A stretch of DNA of 64,000 nt from an uncultured Solirubrobacteraceae bacterium (GTDB lineage: Bacteria > Actinomycetota > Thermoleophilia > Solirubrobacterales > Solirubrobacteraceae), in the NCBI GenBank assembly GCA_963835865.1, contig CAWIGW010000006.1, forward strand, positions 9,676 through 73,675, in the 5' to 3' direction. The notes under the pieces were generated by a model. That model was not told the DNA's origin. It saw nothing but the letters and a program-made list of their open reading frames with translations, and searched no databases. Shown in pieces: positions 22,251 through 32,515 of this stretch (position 1 is its first letter; each line of letters opens with the position of its first letter). The position numbers and the translations under genes were made by a program.

Positions 22251-22529
22251 ATGCCACTCGGAGTGCATTTCAAACACCGCGGCTTCACGCCCGCAAAGTA
22301 CGACGAGACAATTAGCCGGCTGGACGCAGCCGGCAAGGGCAACCCCGCTGGGAGGCTCTATCACGTCACCCTGGAGAGGGACGGGGAGATTGAGGTGTTC
22401 GACATCTGGGAGTCCCAGGAGGCCCTCGACGCCTTCGGACCGGAGGGGTTCGTCCCGATTCTCACCGAGCTCGGGGTCGAGCTTCAGCCGCCAACAATCT
22501 GGCCCGTACGAAACGTCATCCCGGGCTGA
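22251..22529 (+). CDS. Small hypothetical protein (dimeric alpha/beta-barrel-like)
   Basis: SD aaggag; MPLGVHF...YD...PAGRLYHV...VFDIWESQEALDAFG. Confidence 0.7.
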   Translation: MPLGVHFKHRGFTPAKYDETISRLDAAGKGNPAGRLYHVTLERDGEIEVFDIWESQEALDAFGPEGFVPILTELGVELQPPTIWPVRNVIPG

Positions 22530-22601
22530 GTTCGAAGGCAGCGGCACGGCTCTGCTCACGAGCCGGGTGCGGGCCCCCGAAGTACGGTCCGCAGGTCCCA
22601 G

Positions 22602-22638
22602 GGGTTTGGGCAGCAAACGCGTTCTGCTGCCCAAACCC
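22602..22638. repeat. Inverted repeat about 100 bp before att copy 2 (putative integrase arm site)
   Basis: gggtttgggcagca-aacgcgttc-tgctgcccaaaccc with 14-bp perfect arms; one arm recurs at 22853-22866. Confidence 0.75.
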
Positions 22639-22737
22639 AGCCGGATCGGCACACATCTGGCGGCATAGGCCAGCTGCTGGGGTCCGAAAGCTCAACGAAT
22701 TCGAGCCTAACGAGCCTGGTACGGGACATGGCGGCGT

Positions 22738-22780
22738 CCTCCTAAGCGGTAGATCCAGGTTCGACTCCTGGCGGGGGCAT
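22738..22780 (+). repeat. att-like copy 2 of the tRNA-Arg 3' half
   Basis: cctcctaagcggtagatccaggttcgactcctggcgggggcat, identical to 21058-21100. Confidence 0.95.
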
Positions 22781-23075
22781 CCGGGAAAGGCCTGCAAATT
22801 GTGCTCGTCAGCCTCCCTGATGAACGGGCGCGCGGGCTCGCCGGACAACGCTTGCTGCCCAAACCCGCCGGCTTCACGCCACGTAGACCGTCGTCCACGG
22901 GCACTGCTGCGGCAGGAAGACCGCTCACGAATCGGTCTTGCAAGTCGGAGCGCCAGCTACAGCTCCGCGGGACTGCTGCTTTTCGTCCGTCTCGACAGCC
23001 GCGGAGCGGACGGCTGACGCGCGCTCTTGTGCAAATTCGGTAGTCAGCGGTGCGAGCCACTTCAGGAACACCGCG

Positions 23076-24468
23076 CTAGGAACGCCCGGCCGCTGCGTGG
23101 AGGGGGCGGGCGCGATCGGCGTCAGATGGGGCCTTGCGGCGCCTGGCGGTTACGAGTGCCCCCGCTCCGGGCACGGCGAAGATCCCCCTGCGGCGGATCC
23201 TCTCGCCGTGTTGTCGTGTCGGTCTGAGGTCGAGTTCCTGGACGAGGGTGCGCATGATGATTCGGCTCTCGAGTTGTGCCATGGATGCGCCGATGCAGCG
23301 ACGCATCCCGCCACCGAAGGGGATCCAGGAGTAGGTTCCGGGACGCACTCCGAGGAACCGCTCGGGCCGAAACGCTTCTGGGTCGGGATAGATGTCGGGG
23401 CGGCGATGCACGAGCGCGATGTAGGGGACGACGAGCGTCCCGGTCGGCACGGTAAGGCCCTCGAGTTCCAGCGGTTGCTTTGTGAGGCGCACCGTGAACG
23501 TGAACAGCGGACGCAGTCGCAGGGTCTCCTGGATCACTGCGTCGAGATAGCTGTCGTCGCCGTCGCGCACGGTTTCCTCCAGGCGCGCGAGGACCTCCGG
23601 GTTGTGCACCACGCGCTCGATCACCCAGGCGATCGTCGAGGCGGTCGTGTCGTGACCTCCAATCAGCAGCAGGCGCATCTGGTCGAAGATGTCCGAGTCG
23701 CTTAGCCCTGCGCCGTGCTCGTCGCGGACGGAGAGCAGGCTGGCGAGCACGTCACTGTCGCCCATGTCGCCGCGGCTTCTGCGCCGGTCGATCTCCTCGA
23801 GGACGATGTCGTCGATATTGCGCTTGAGCCTCTCGATCCGCGGAAATGGCCGGCTGAAACCGTCGTTACGTACGTTGGAAATCGCTATCTGGACTCCGAA
23901 GCGCACCGATCCCAGCTCGTGCGTGAGGGCGAGTACCGCCGAGCGCAGGCGCAGCGAGGCGCTGCGGGTCGGTGACCCCGAAGATCGCCGCCATGATGAT
24001 CTCGAGCGTCACGCTCTGCATGTGGTGGCTCGCCCGCGTCGGTTCATCGACCGGCCACTGGTCGACGATTTCGCGCGCCTTGGCCTCGATCGTGGGTTCA
24101 TAGCGCTCCATCGCATCGGCGTTGAACGCCGGGAGCAGCATCCGGCGCTTCGCTAGGTGCACGTCGCCGTCCAGGGCTGTGAGTTGTTGGTCGCCGAGGA
24201 CGAGCTCGTGCGGCGAGAGCATTCGCAGCCCCTCCGCGAAGTACGCCGCCTCGGCCGGCGCGCGGAACACGGCCTGGACGTCGTCTGGATGCGTGACGCA
24301 CAGCCAGGCCCCCATGCCCGGCATAGGGAGGACGAAGCGATCTCCGAGCGCTCCGAGTCGCTCGGTGAGCTTGGGAAGGCGCAGCCAGAACTCAGCGAAG
24401 TTCATCACGGCTGGTCGGCGCAGACGGGGCAGGGCGGATAGCTCAGAAGGAATCGACGTCCAGGCCAT
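23076..24468 (-). CDS. Cytochrome P450 (frameshift near 23940)
   Basis: GGHDTT (I helix), ETLR, FRPERF, PFGGGMRRCIG haem motif. Confidence 0.92.
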
Positions 24469-24489
24469 GAGCCAACATCCTCTCTCTTT

Positions 24490-24524
24490 AGATACTCGGT
24501 GCGGAATCGAGTAACATAGTATCT
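24490..24524. promoter_or_regulatory. Nested inverted repeats, candidate TetR operator
   Basis: agatact...agtatct and tactcg...cgagta between divergent P450 and tetR. Confidence 0.5.
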
Positions 24525-24525
24525 G

Positions 24526-25149
24526 ATGCCGCCAATTGCCGAGGTTCTCGAAGTTGCTCCAGTCCCGGGCGAGGACGTGCTTGTCGACCGGGTAGCCGCG
24601 GCGGCGCTCGAAGAGTTCGCCGAATACGGCATCCGCCGCACAACGATGGACGATGTCGCGCGTCGCGCCGGCGTCTCGCGGATGACCGTTTTCCGCCGTT
24701 TCGCGAGCAAGCAGGGACTCGTCGAGGTCGTCATCGCATGCGAGGTCCGCCGCGGGATGGAAGAGCTCGGCCGCGTGTGGGAAGGCGGGGAAACGCTAGA
24801 GGAACGACTCGTCGAAGGATTCGCGTTCGCCGGACGTTTCGCACGCGGCCACCCGCTGTTCGACCGGCTCTTGCGCAGCGAACCTGAGGTCCTGCTGCCG
24901 CTGCTCACAGTCGACGGGGGACCCGTGCTCGAACTCTACCGATCACTTATCGCGCAACGACTCCAGGCGGAAGTCGACGCTGGTCGCGCGACGACATCGG
25001 ACATCGACGGCGTCGCCGAGGTGATCGCTCGCCTCGCGATCTCTCTCCTCCTCACGCGCGACGGGGCCATCACGCCCGACGACCCAGACACCCTCGCCCG
25101 CTTGGTCCGCCTCGTGCTGCTGCCAATCCTGCAGCCCCCGCCGGAGTAG
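24526..25149 (+). CDS. TetR/AcrR family regulator
   Basis: GIRRTTMDDVARRAGVSRMTVFRRFASKQGL. Confidence 0.92.
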   Translation: MPPIAEVLEVAPVPGEDVLVDRVAAAALEEFAEYGIRRTTMDDVARRAGVSRMTVFRRFASKQGLVEVVIACEVRRGMEELGRVWEGGETLEERLVEGFAFAGRFARGHPLFDRLLRSEPEVLLPLLTVDGGPVLELYRSLIAQRLQAEVDAGRATTSDIDGVAEVIARLAISLLLTRDGAITPDDPDTLARLVRLVLLPILQPPPE

Positions 25150-25315
25150 AGCGAGCGGCCAGGGCGCATCTCAGCCCGTCTCGGCGCGCCGACAGTTCCC
25201 CTCGGCCCCGTCTGCACGCACGAGATGCCGGTCGGCGTGTGCGCGCGTCCTGCTCGCTCGGGTTCTGCTCCTGCCCGAGAGCGAGCGCGTCGACCGATGC
25301 CGCGCAGGCCGCTGG

Positions 25316-25834
25316 TCAGAGACGAAAAGCAGAAGTGTCAGGCGAGCTCGCGTAAGCGCCTGCTCTTCGCAATGGTTGGGAGTTGACGGCCTGCTTCACA
25401 GTTCCGGTGAGATGGCGTCCCGGGTGATCAGCCTTGGGTGGTCCAGTCAGGTGCTGACGGAGCCATGTCGCCATCTCCTGGTGTGTCCACTTTCCCGACG
25501 CGACGGCGAGCACGGCAGTCTCGGCGTCGTCAACGCTCGGGTAGGGCTTCCAGCTGTAGTCGTTGATCTGGACGAACAGCCGTAGCGCCACCCATGCGCA
25601 GCGCTTGTTGCCGTCGGGAAGTGGGTGGTTCTTGGCGAGCCGAGTTACGAGGACCGCTGCCTTTTCGGCGAACTCGGGGTAGAGGTCGGTGTCGGCGAAT
25701 CCCGCTGCCGGCGCATGAAGAGCCGAGTCCGCGAGGTTGAGCTTTGCGACCCTGGACAACACGGTGATGTCGAGGCCCGTGACCTCCGCGGCGATGGCCA
25801 GATAGTCGACCAGGTCGAGGTACTCGACCCTCAC
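25316..25834 (-). CDS. Doc-type (Fic family) toxin
   Basis: KAAVL...KNHPLPDGNKR; GTG start overlaps the antitoxin stop. Confidence 0.9.
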   Translation of the reverse strand: MRVEYLDLVDYLAIAAEVTGLDITVLSRVAKLNLADSALHAPAAGFADTDLYPEFAEKAAVLVTRLAKNHPLPDGNKRCAWVALRLFVQINDYSWKPYPSVDDAETAVLAVASGKWTHQEMATWLRQHLTGPPKADHPGRHLTGTVKQAVNSQPLRRAGAYASSPDTSAFRL

Positions 25835-26040
25835 CTGGCGAGCCGCTCGAGCAGCTCCCTGTCCTCCTCGATGATCCGGCGGATGCGCTCCTTGAACTTC
25901 GGGTCTTGACGCCGACGCTCGACTGCCTCAGTGAGGGCCTGCTTGACGGTCTCGTTCAGGCTGGTCCCCTCGGCGCGTGCCAGTGCCTCTGTGTCGGCCG
26001 CGAGCTCGTCATCGAGCCGAACAGTCAGATTCTTTGTCAT
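25831..26040 (-). CDS. Ribbon-helix-helix antitoxin
   Basis: KNLTVRLDDEL...LARAEGTSLNE...EDRELLERLAR, directly upstream of doc. Confidence 0.85.
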   Translation of the reverse strand: MTKNLTVRLDDELAADTEALARAEGTSLNETVKQALTEAVERRRQDPKFKERIRRIIEEDRELLERLAR

Positions 26041-26699
26041 GGCTTCATGGTATCACGCCACCATTTGTCCGGCGTCCCTCGCGAGCGCAGCCGGTTTCCC
26101 AGAGGGCCTCGGCCCGAACGAGCCCCGGGTGGTCCGGACCAGCAGCCTGAACGCCATTCGCCGAGACGCTCGCTCTTGGCGCGGTAGTAGCACTCACGGG
26201 TCGAACAGGCTCCGTCAAGCCCGGCCTGGCTCAGGCGGCCGAATTCACGCCGCCGCCCCGCGAAAGACAGCCCCACAAAGGCGCTCTGGGAGCCCAGGGG
26301 TTGCCGGCGGCCGATCGCCTACCGAAACTCGTTCCTGAATGAACCGCCAGCCCCTTGACTGGCGGTTGTCCCAAACCACAGTCCGGGTCAGGCTCCCGAG
26401 AAACGCCGATCGAAGTGGCGACGCCCGACCGATCGTGTTGCCTGCCTCGACGGCACGGGCCTCCTTCCCGACTCGTCCGCGTGCACCGCCAAGAGTTGAA
26501 CGCTTCGAAAGCGCTCCGCGTCGTTGCTGTCGTTGAGCCAATGTTGAGCCAGGAGCAGCGTCGCGGACTCCGGCGGAGCGCGGGTGCGCGACGCCGTTCA
26601 CGACCTCTTGAGCATCGGCTACGCCGCCGGGCTTCCGTGCTTCGCGATCAGCCCTCGAGCTGGCCGACCTGGGGGGCGTGTGGTTCGGACACTATGACC

Positions 26700-27263
26700 T
26701 CAACGACTTCCGCTTCCGCGGCGTGAGGAAACGCAAGCTGGTCGGGGAGCGACGCAAGGCGGCGGTACCTGGACGTTGACTTTCGAGCCGTGGTAGACGT
26801 GATCCTGGTCCTTGCAGGCGGCAGGGAAGAAGAACTGGACGCTGTCACTGCGCACGCCGTTGTAGCTCCCGTAGATGGTCGCGCGACCTACCATGCCGAC
26901 GGTGCACTTCGGGTCGCTGCTGCTCGTAATCCGGAACTTGATCTTCATGATGTTGCCCGGGTAGCCCCACCTCATCGCTTCGTGCGAGTGGTAGACGAGG
27001 TGGCGCAGGACCGACATCAGGATCGTGCCGTGCCCATCCTGCTCGCACATGACCCCCGAGACGGTGTTGGCTTCGAAGTTGATGTTCCCGTGCCCCTTCG
27101 CAAACCATGATTCGCCGCTGTAAGCGCCCGTGTGAAAGCCCCACGGCGGAATCCCGTAGACGGTCCTGATCTGTGCGCAGGAGGTGTGCGCGCTGGCCGA
27201 GCCGGTAAACCCGAGCATCGCGAGCACGAGCGTTACGGCCGCTAGCGACAGCCCCACGCTCAT
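26700..27263 (-). CDS. Secreted hypothetical protein (C-terminus uncertain)
   Basis: Signal peptide MSVGLSLAAVTLVLAMLGFTGSASA; Cys-containing mature part. Confidence 0.6.
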   Translation of the reverse strand: MSVGLSLAAVTLVLAMLGFTGSASAHTSCAQIRTVYGIPPWGFHTGAYSGESWFAKGHGNINFEANTVSGVMCEQDGHGTILMSVLRHLVYHSHEAMRWGYPGNIMKIKFRITSSSDPKCTVGMVGRATIYGSYNGVRSDSVQFFFPAACKDQDHVYHGSKVNVQVPPPCVAPRPACVSSRRGSGSR

Positions 27264-27499
27264 CCTTGTTCGCGACCCCCCCATGAGACACGCAATATAC
27301 GCGTTCCCGAAACCGTCCCAATGCACATCGCCACCATGAGCCTGAACTGATGGGCGAGGCGTCTCCGGCAGCGTGAAGCTCCCTCAAGCATCACACCGCC
27401 GCGGAAACGACCGGAACATGACGATCCTGGAGGATGAGATCCGTCTCTCCGTCACGGCTCTATATACATAACCCCGCGGCCAGCCAAGGGGGGGTGGGA

Positions 27500-27685
27500 T
27501 GCTGCTCCAGCGCCTGCCGCAGGTGGACTCCGCCTCGCAACGGGTCGACGTCCTTCGCCCGAGGCCTGCGAGCTCGTCAGCCCTGAGGCCCGTGTAGGCC
27601 GCCATGTAGACGAGCAGTCGGTGTGCGCCCGTCGGCATCGCCTCGGCCAGGCCGCGGATTTGCTCGATGCTGAGAAACACCCGCC
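27500..27685 (-). pseudogene. Tyrosine recombinase (integrase) internal fragment
   Basis: RVFLSIEQIRGLAEAM...RLLVYMAAYTGLRADELAGL (box I, TGLRxxEL); no N-terminus and no box II. Confidence 0.75.
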
Positions 27686-27850
27686 GTGGCGCCAGACCAA
27701 CTAAACGCGCTCGACGGGCCGTCCCAGCTGATGGTCGACAAGCTGACAACGGTTCCGCGGAGCAACATCGGCGAGCGAATCGGCCGGCTCGGCGTGGAGG
27801 ACATCAAGCGACTCGACCGCGCGATTATCGTATTCCTCGGCGTGACGTAG
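27686..27850 (+). pseudogene. PemK/MazF toxin C-terminal fragment
   Basis: Manual translation VAPDQLNALDGPSQLMVDKLTTVPRSNIGERIGRLGVEDIKRLDRAIIVFLGVT*; N-terminus missing. Confidence 0.75.
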
Positions 27851-27898
27851 GACTCCTCCGGATCGACATGGGCAAGGCGATCGTCACCGCCGGCCACG

Positions 27899-29393
27899 TC
27901 AGCTCTTCAGCAGCCCCACGGATGTGAGGCGCCCGAGCGCTTTGTCGAGCACCTCCGCAGAGACCGACAGTCGCTCGCCAAGGGCGCTCCGGTCATGGCT
28001 GCCGTCGAGCAGTTGCACGAGCGCCGGCTCGAGTTCGCCCTCCAGACGAACGTTGGCATGTAACAGTGAGCTGACCGTGGGCGCGCCCGCGATGCATTGC
28101 GCGCGCGCCAGTGCGCTCGCCAACGGGCGCTCGCCGGGTTGTGTGGTCAGCCGCGGTGGGCAGCCCTGCAGAACGACGATTTGTGCCAGGTAGGCCTGCA
28201 GCAGCACCTCTCGCAGTCGCCGCGCCACCAGCTCCCTGGTCGCCTCGGGACCGGCTGCCTCGAGCGCAGATGCCACTAGCCCCGAGAAGTCCACCGCCGC
28301 AGGCCAGACCTCGGCGAGGGTGTGCAGCGCGGCTCTGACGAGCGGCTCGGACGTCGTCACCGTAAAGCCCTCCGGGGTAGCGAACGTCTCGGCCGGCGGC
28401 TCGTCCGGGCCCCGCTCGCCCGAGGACTGCTCGACGGGCTGGACCTGGGAACACACCACGAGGCGTTCGACCTGTCGCTCGTCGAGCTCGCGCTCGATCG
28501 GCGCCTCGATGTGGCAGAGGAGTGTCTGACGGAACATGCGGTTCTTGAAGAAGTCGAGGTACTGCTCGCGCACCAGCACGTCATCGGGGAGGTTATGCAT
28601 CAGACGCTCGGCGCTTTCCGGCACACCGCGCATCTGGCTCTCGAACAGGTCGGCCTCGGAGAGGAACGCGAGGCCGTGATGGTCCGCGTGCTCCATGAAT
28701 TCGTGGAAGTAGAAGGGCGTCGAGATGTCGGCGAGGTCGTCGTGCAGGAGTAGAGCATCCGAGTAGCGGAGCATCCGCCCCATGTGCTGGCGCAGCATCT
28801 GCGCGTAGGGGGAGGGGTCCTCGATCGCAACGATCGTCTGCATCAGATCCTGGGCCCCAAGGAGCTTCTGCTGGGGATCCTCCAGTTCGCGCACGTGGTA
28901 TCCGAGGATGTCCCTCGCCATGTCGCGCATGTAGCTGCCTGGGTAGGCGTTGTAGCTGACATAGGCGATCCCCGTGCGCGACAGGGTTCGGCGTATACAT
29001 GCGAGCAGCCCGGCTCGGGCACGTGGTGGGATCCACGAGTAGACACCGTGCGAGAGGATGTAGTCGAAGCTGCCCAGATCGTCGGGAAGCTCCTCGAGGT
29101 CAAGGCAGAGAAGATCGGCGTTCTCGAGCCCCGCCGCTTGTGCCATCTCGGTCCCGCGTGCGATGGCTCCCGCTGCGGCGTCTATCCCGAGAAGGCTGGC
29201 CCTCGGCAGTGCTTCGGCCAGCGAGAGCAGATTGCCCCCGTCGCCGCAACCGAGCTCCAGGATCCGGCACTCCGCTGGCGGCGGCCGGCTGGAGACCGAA
29301 CAGCCGACCTATCGCCTCGAGCCGTGCCGGGTGCGTCGCCGGATAGGCATACCCCGGATAGGCGAATCGCTCGTAGGCGTCGGCGCCGCTCAG
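27899..29393 (-). CDS. Class I SAM methyltransferase with a methyltransferase-regulatory domain (PKMT-like; frameshift near 29270)
   Basis: Y...YP...YPATHP.RL..IG.LFG, ILELGCGDGGNL, FDYILSHGVYSWIP, GIAYVSYNAYPG, LLHDDL...PFYFHEF, EQYLDFFKNRMFRQTLLC. Confidence 0.85.
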
Positions 29394-30259
29394 AGCTTGA
29401 CGCTTGTGCCGACGTTGAAGTTGATGCTCTGCCCTACCTTGCCCTTGCTGTTGATGAACGTCTCCTTGCACTTTTGGAAATTGAACGTCACCTGCTCGGT
29501 CGGTGTCTGTTTGCTGGAGGAGGTGCCGTCGGAGACAGTCGTGACCAACACGTTTTTGAAGTCGAACTTCAGGTAGTCCATCTGCTTGCTCCCGGCCTTG
29601 TGGCTGAACGCCAGCACCGCGTCCTTGATCACCTTGCCGGTGCCCGCGGCCTTAAAGAGCAAAGGGGAGGACTTGTCGATCGTCTTGGTGATCGTGAAGG
29701 ACTGAATGGTGGTCTTCCGCGCGCTGCCACCGCCGCCCGCTTGGGCACTGAGCGAGAAGGAGTTGATCACGATCTCGCCGCCGTGTTCCTTGTCGGTGGA
29801 CTCCCCCTTGATCCCGTCGAGCTTGAGGAACGTCCTGCCGCTGCCGCTGATCCCAAAGACCGTATCGCCGATCAGTGGTGCGCCCGGTGCGCCCGTTCCG
29901 CCCGCTGCGCCCTGAGGCCCCACGGGGCCCTGCGGGCCACTCTGGTTCCAGCTGATCTTCGCCTCGTCCGACAGGCAGGCCCCCGCCGGGTTCGCGCCGC
30001 CTGTGGGAAGCGGCGGAAGGCTTGGGTCGATCACCCTCAGCTGTCCGATGCGGGGGCTCGTAGAGGCTTCGATGCCGGCCCCGGTGTCGGTGAGATAGCA
30101 GCCCGTGATCGTCCCGTCGCCGCCAGGAATCGTCGCAACCGCGACCGCCGCTCCCGCACCCAGCGCGGCCGTGGTGGGGAGCACCACTCTCAACATGCGG
30201 CGCGACCGCCACCGCCGCTGAGCGTTCTTCGCGATCCGGTTCGCCTCGTCTTGGCTCAT
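29390..30259 (-). CDS. Secreted collagen-linked Hcp (T6SS tube family) domain protein
   Basis: Signal peptide; IPGGDGTITGCY...GQLRVID...C...ISWNQ domain; (GXY)7; FLKLDGIKGESTDKEH..EI, ITKTIDKSSPLLF..A..GK.I, YLKFDFKNVLV, PTEQVTFNF. Confidence 0.88.
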   Translation of the reverse strand: MSQDEANRIAKNAQRRWRSRRMLRVVLPTTAALGAGAAVAVATIPGGDGTITGCYLTDTGAGIEASTSPRIGQLRVIDPSLPPLPTGGANPAGACLSDEAKISWNQSGPQGPVGPQGAAGGTGAPGAPLIGDTVFGISGSGRTFLKLDGIKGESTDKEHGGEIVINSFSLSAQAGGGGSARKTTIQSFTITKTIDKSSPLLFKAAGTGKVIKDAVLAFSHKAGSKQMDYLKFDFKNVLVTTVSDGTSSSKQTPTEQVTFNFQKCKETFINSKGKVGQSINFNVGTSVKL

Positions 30260-30438
30260 GACCCCTCCGCGTTCGAAGATCTCGGACAGTGACTGTCCCG
30301 CTGTTGCCTAGGTGTCGCTCTCCGGATCAGAGCATGCGCCCACGAGGCTGTCAAGGGCCGGCATCGCAGAGGCCACGAGGGCCGACCTCGTGGAGCGTCA
30401 GCGGCAGGCGGTCGTCGTGGTCGAAATGAGGCCGGCGT

Positions 30439-30481
30439 CCTCCTAAGCGGTAGATCCAGGTTCGACTCCTGGCGGGGGCAT
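30439..30481 (+). repeat. att-like copy 3 of the tRNA-Arg 3' half
   Basis: Identical 43-bp core, preceded by cggcgt as in copies 2 and 4. Confidence 0.95.
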
Positions 30482-30537
30482 TGGCGGCGAAGGCGTGCCA
30501 TCACGCGCTGGAGCTTGGCTCGTGTAGCGTTGCTGGT

Positions 30538-31021
30538 ATGGCGCGGCCTGAGTCCGAGTGTGTGCTTGATTCTGATCTGATGGCCTTCGTGCATAGCGGT
30601 GTCGCGATCGGCGTGGGCACCAGAAACGACGATCTGCGACCTGCATTCACGCGTGGCTTTGGGCCGGGGGTGTCCGTTGATCGCCCCGCGATGGCCCTCT
30701 GCGTGATCGCTCCACCGGGGTCACCAGCGAGAATGAACATTGAGGGAAACGGGGCGATCGCGGTGGTGTTCAACCCGCCGACGGCTGGTCGTGCGCTTCA
30801 GCTCAAGGGGGTGGTGATCGAAGGCGCGGGAGCCGAAGCCGCGAGAGCTCGGGCGCGCCGAGCGGCATCTCGAGGCGTTCGTGGCAGAGGCTGAGCAGGT
30901 CGGGGTCCCGCCCGAGCTTACGCGGAGGGGTTTCAGGCGTCCAGACCTTTTTGCCGTCACGTTCTCGATCGACGAGGTGTTCGATCAAACGCCGGGGCAG
31001 AGGGCCGGTGCTCGCCTGTGA
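30538..31021 (+). CDS. Pyridoxamine 5'-phosphate oxidase-like split-barrel protein (frameshifted)
   Basis: AIGVGTRNDDLRP...NIEGNGAIAVVF.PPT..RALQLKG; the other frame ends FDQTPGQRAGARL; stop overlaps the next GTG. Confidence 0.7.
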
Positions 31022-32415
31022 GCGAGCGCACTGTGCCGCTGGAGTCGATCCGTGCATGCCTGCAGGGGGTGATCCCTTCGATGATCGTTACGTGCTCGGC
31101 GGACGGGGTGCCGAATGTAACGCTCCTCTCGATCGTCCATTACGTCGATGAGGAGCGCGTTGCGCTCACCCGTCAGTTCTTCAACAAGACGGGCTCGAAC
31201 CTTGAAGTCAATCCGTGGGCGCAGGTGGCGGTGATCGATCCCGAGACATGCGACCAGTTCTTGCTCGACCTGCGGTTTCTTCATACCGAGACGGAGGGAC
31301 CCACATTTGAAGCGGTGAAGACGAACCTCGACGCGATCGCCTCTCAGACGGGCATGTCCGGCGTGTTCCGCCTGCGCGGCGTCGACATTCATCGCGTGCA
31401 TCGCTGCGTGCCGTTTGGAGAGACCGTCCGGGCGGCGCCGGTGGAGCATGGCGATGAGTTGAGAACGATCGCTCTGCTCGATGAGTTCGTGCGGCGCGTT
31501 GCGCTGTCCGTTGACTATGCCGATGCCACGCGCACCGGGCTCGAGGCCCTCGATGACCTGTTCGGCTTCGCCCAGTCGATCCTGCTCGTCGCCGACGAGC
31601 GTGGTGACCGGTTATTTGCCGTCGCGAGCAACGGGTATCCGGAGTCCGCCGCCGGTGCGGAGGTGGCGATCGGGGTGGGGGTGATCGGGACCGCTGCCGA
31701 GCGGCGCAGGATCGTGTGCGTCCCCAACGTGGCTCGCGGCCGCTCGATGCAGGCGGCGATCCAGCAGACCGTGGAGCGCAGCGGCACCGAGTCTCGGGGA
31801 ACGGAGATTCCGTTGCCCGGTCTGGATCGTGCACAGAGCGCGGCGGCTGTTCCCCTGGTTGTGCACGGTGAGCTCGGCGGTGTGCTGTATCTGGAGAGCG
31901 GGCGCCCCGGTGACTTCGGGCCCGGTAACGAGCGGCTCCTGCGGATCGTCGGCGGGCATCTCGCGACGGTGCTGGCGGTGCTGCAGGGAGACCGCCACGA
32001 GGGCGACTCCCGCGATCCCGAGATTCAGGCGCTCTCGTCCCGAGAGAAGCCCCGCACTGTCGTCTACTACCAGGCGGATGACAGCGTTTTCGTCGACGAT
32101 GCCTATGTGGTCAAGGGCGTCCCCGGCCGGATCCTGTGGAAGCTGTTGCGCGAGCACGAGGCCGATGGCCGGACGGCCTTCACAAACCGGCGGTTGCGGT
32201 TGGATGAGAGTCTTGGCCTTCCGCCGGGCAATGACAACCTCGAGGCACGGCTACTCGTGCTGCGCAAGCGCCTCGCAGCGATGGACTGTGGGATTGAGCT
32301 CGAGCGGGTCGGTCGTGGGCAACTCGCGCTGCGGCTGCACGCGCCCCTGGCGCTCTCGGAGGTAACGACGATGGGGCCTATGCGTGCCGCCCATTCGCCC
32401 TCCAACGCCGAGTAA
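31018..32415 (+). CDS. PNPOx-like + GAF + C-terminal wHTH-like regulator
   Basis: CLQGVIPS.I.TCSADG.PNV, QFFNKT..NL; GAF segment AVASNGY...GVGVIG.AA; C-terminal YVVKGVPGRILWKLL...DNLEARL..LRKRL. Confidence 0.8.
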   Translation: MSERTVPLESIRACLQGVIPSMIVTCSADGVPNVTLLSIVHYVDEERVALTRQFFNKTGSNLEVNPWAQVAVIDPETCDQFLLDLRFLHTETEGPTFEAVKTNLDAIASQTGMSGVFRLRGVDIHRVHRCVPFGETVRAAPVEHGDELRTIALLDEFVRRVALSVDYADATRTGLEALDDLFGFAQSILLVADERGDRLFAVASNGYPESAAGAEVAIGVGVIGTAAERRRIVCVPNVARGRSMQAAIQQTVERSGTESRGTEIPLPGLDRAQSAAAVPLVVHGELGGVLYLESGRPGDFGPGNERLLRIVGGHLATVLAVLQGDRHEGDSRDPEIQALSSREKPRTVVYYQADDSVFVDDAYVVKGVPGRILWKLLREHEADGRTAFTNRRLRLDESLGLPPGNDNLEARLLVLRKRLAAMDCGIELERVGRGQLALRLHAPLALSEVTTMGPMRAAHSPSNAE

Positions 32416-32515
32416 GGAACTCGTCGGGTTGGCCTAGGGAATACGTAGGAGACACTTCGGCGAAGTGCCCTTACGGTGGTCCGACAGCCAATCACGACCC
32501 AGCAAGGGAGACAGC

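Noticed and set aside
26050-26700. Possible gene remnants and a 9-bp hairpin (26342-26367) in cassette 2
   Set aside because: No frame gives a recognisable family; treated as eroded island DNA.
29390-30259. A type VI secretion system locus
   Set aside because: Only an Hcp domain is present, and it carries a signal peptide; no other tss genes occur in the window.
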